In this document: one piece after another, positions 62,733 to 64,000 of the stretch | Layout: each line of letters starts with the position of its first letter | How positions within the stretch are numbered: the first letter of the stretch is position 1 | From: Eledone cirrhosa | Taxonomy: Eukaryota | Length of the DNA: 64,000 bases | Assembly (NCBI GenBank): GCA_964016885.1 | Contig: CAXHJY010000899.1 | Location: 62,001 to 126,000 of the forward strand | Direction of reading: 5' to 3' | Notes under the pieces: model-generated | What the model was told of the DNA's origin: nothing | Databases searched by the model: none | Seen by the model: only the letters and a program-made list of their open reading frames with translations | Made by a program: the position numbers and the translations under genes

Positions 62733-64000
62733 GGTATATTAAAAAAAACTTAGCTACTATTGTTTTTTGTTTGTTTTTTTTGTGAATGATGTCTGAATAA
62801 ATGAATTTCGAAATTTTGAAGAAATTGTATATTATCATTCACCTACACAATAAAAAATGTTTTCTCCTTTGTAGAAAATACTACTTAGCCTTCAAACAGT
62901 TACACAACTAGTTAGAAAACAGCAGCTAAATCTTTTTTCAAATCTCAGACTGTCTCAAAGGAAAAAGGGACACAAGACTTAAGACTAAACAACAACTACT
63001 GAAGGAGCCTCTACGTGGATGCTTAGCTTGTCAGAAATAGTAGCAAAATGTAAATAACATTGCACTCTCTTAAAAGGGGACAAAAGACATATTAGATGAT
63101 ATAGTCATAAATATAGAAAAAAATGGGATAATCATGACTAAAATATTTTTCAGTCCACTCAGCTGAAAACGAGTATCAGACTTATGACTGAGTATTCTCA
63201 GTTGCATAATACCAATGAAACCAGGATAAGCACTGGTTTGATCAGCCTCCAGGATTGGAAGAGACATTTTTGTTGCAGGTGTGAAGGGGTGGGTATGATG
63301 CCCCTGAATAAGGTATATAACGCTCTTTACAGCAGTTTGCCTGACTGAAAGAAGAGGTCCTATTCTTGCTTCAAAGTTGAGAGAGATTAAAAATAAAAGG
63401 GGTATCCAGTAATAAAACCATCTGTCCCCACCCAACAAAAAATATATAACCTAGCCATTCTAGCATAGCAAACGGGTATAAAACACCTAAAATCAAATTA
63501 GAATTATCTCTCTAGTTTTTTAACAATAGTTAAGTATTACAGGGCAAAAACAGAGCCTCATGAGTGAACAAAGGAGCATCTAACCTATTGCTTGATTTGC
63601 TAGAGATAAAAGTCAAATTTCTCTCAAATCACATATTACTGCCATGGGGGAAGAAAGGACACATTAGATTATGCAATCTTAGTTGACTATAAAAAAGTGC
63701 AATGATCACAAATGGGATGTCTTTAATCATTGGTGAGCTTTATCAGGGCTGACCTGGTCCTAAACAATGACAACAACAACATATTGCAAGAGAGAGATGG
63801 CAACTGACTGAATACTCTCATATAAAATGATTATCATCATTGCAGTTTTTCCCCCCTCTGTATATCTATCTGCTAAAAAAAAAAGAAATCTTTGAAAAAC
63901 TTGAGGAGTTTTATTTCTTCTGTGTATAATTTATTCTAAGAAGTCCACTTAGCACTAATATATGTTAAAATAGTTTGGATGTTGGGTATATTAAGCCAAT

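Noticed and set aside
63070-63438. 122-aa ORF
   Set aside because: No recognisable domain; overlaps a repeat fragment also seen near 28130; non-ATG start.

Overview
AT-rich eukaryotic (animal) genomic DNA, most likely an octopod cephalopod. That call rests on my recollection of its SINE families and on the density of (CA)n/(TA)n/(GAT)n microsatellites. The window looks intronic or intergenic: I could not identify a host protein-coding gene, only candidate minus-strand splice signals. Most short ORFs in the track are microsatellite or antisense artefacts. The window is dominated by transposons. RTE-clade LINEs fall into two young subfamilies plus decayed copies, and their ORF carries a C4HC3 PHD finger inserted inside the RT domain; one copy has an uninterrupted ~805-codon frame. 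A tRNA/CORE-type SINE borrows the RTE 3' UTR, and two further SINE families are present. DNA elements include piggyBac-, Tc/mariner- and hAT-type MITEs, a non-autonomous Helitron and a pogo/Tc2 transposase fossil; there are also CRE-, BovB- and CR1-like fragments. The most coherent 'system' is the RTE-PHD LINE with its dependants. It has a covarying 3' stem-loop, a partner SINE with swapped tails, and repeated tail-to-tail or nested insertion into (GAT)n tails. Breakpoints cluster just upstream of the PHD, and a 61-bp minisatellite with a 3-unit higher-order repeat was born from its 3' UTR. A candidate recursive splice site (YnCAG|GTAAG) lies at ~11264 on the minus strand.
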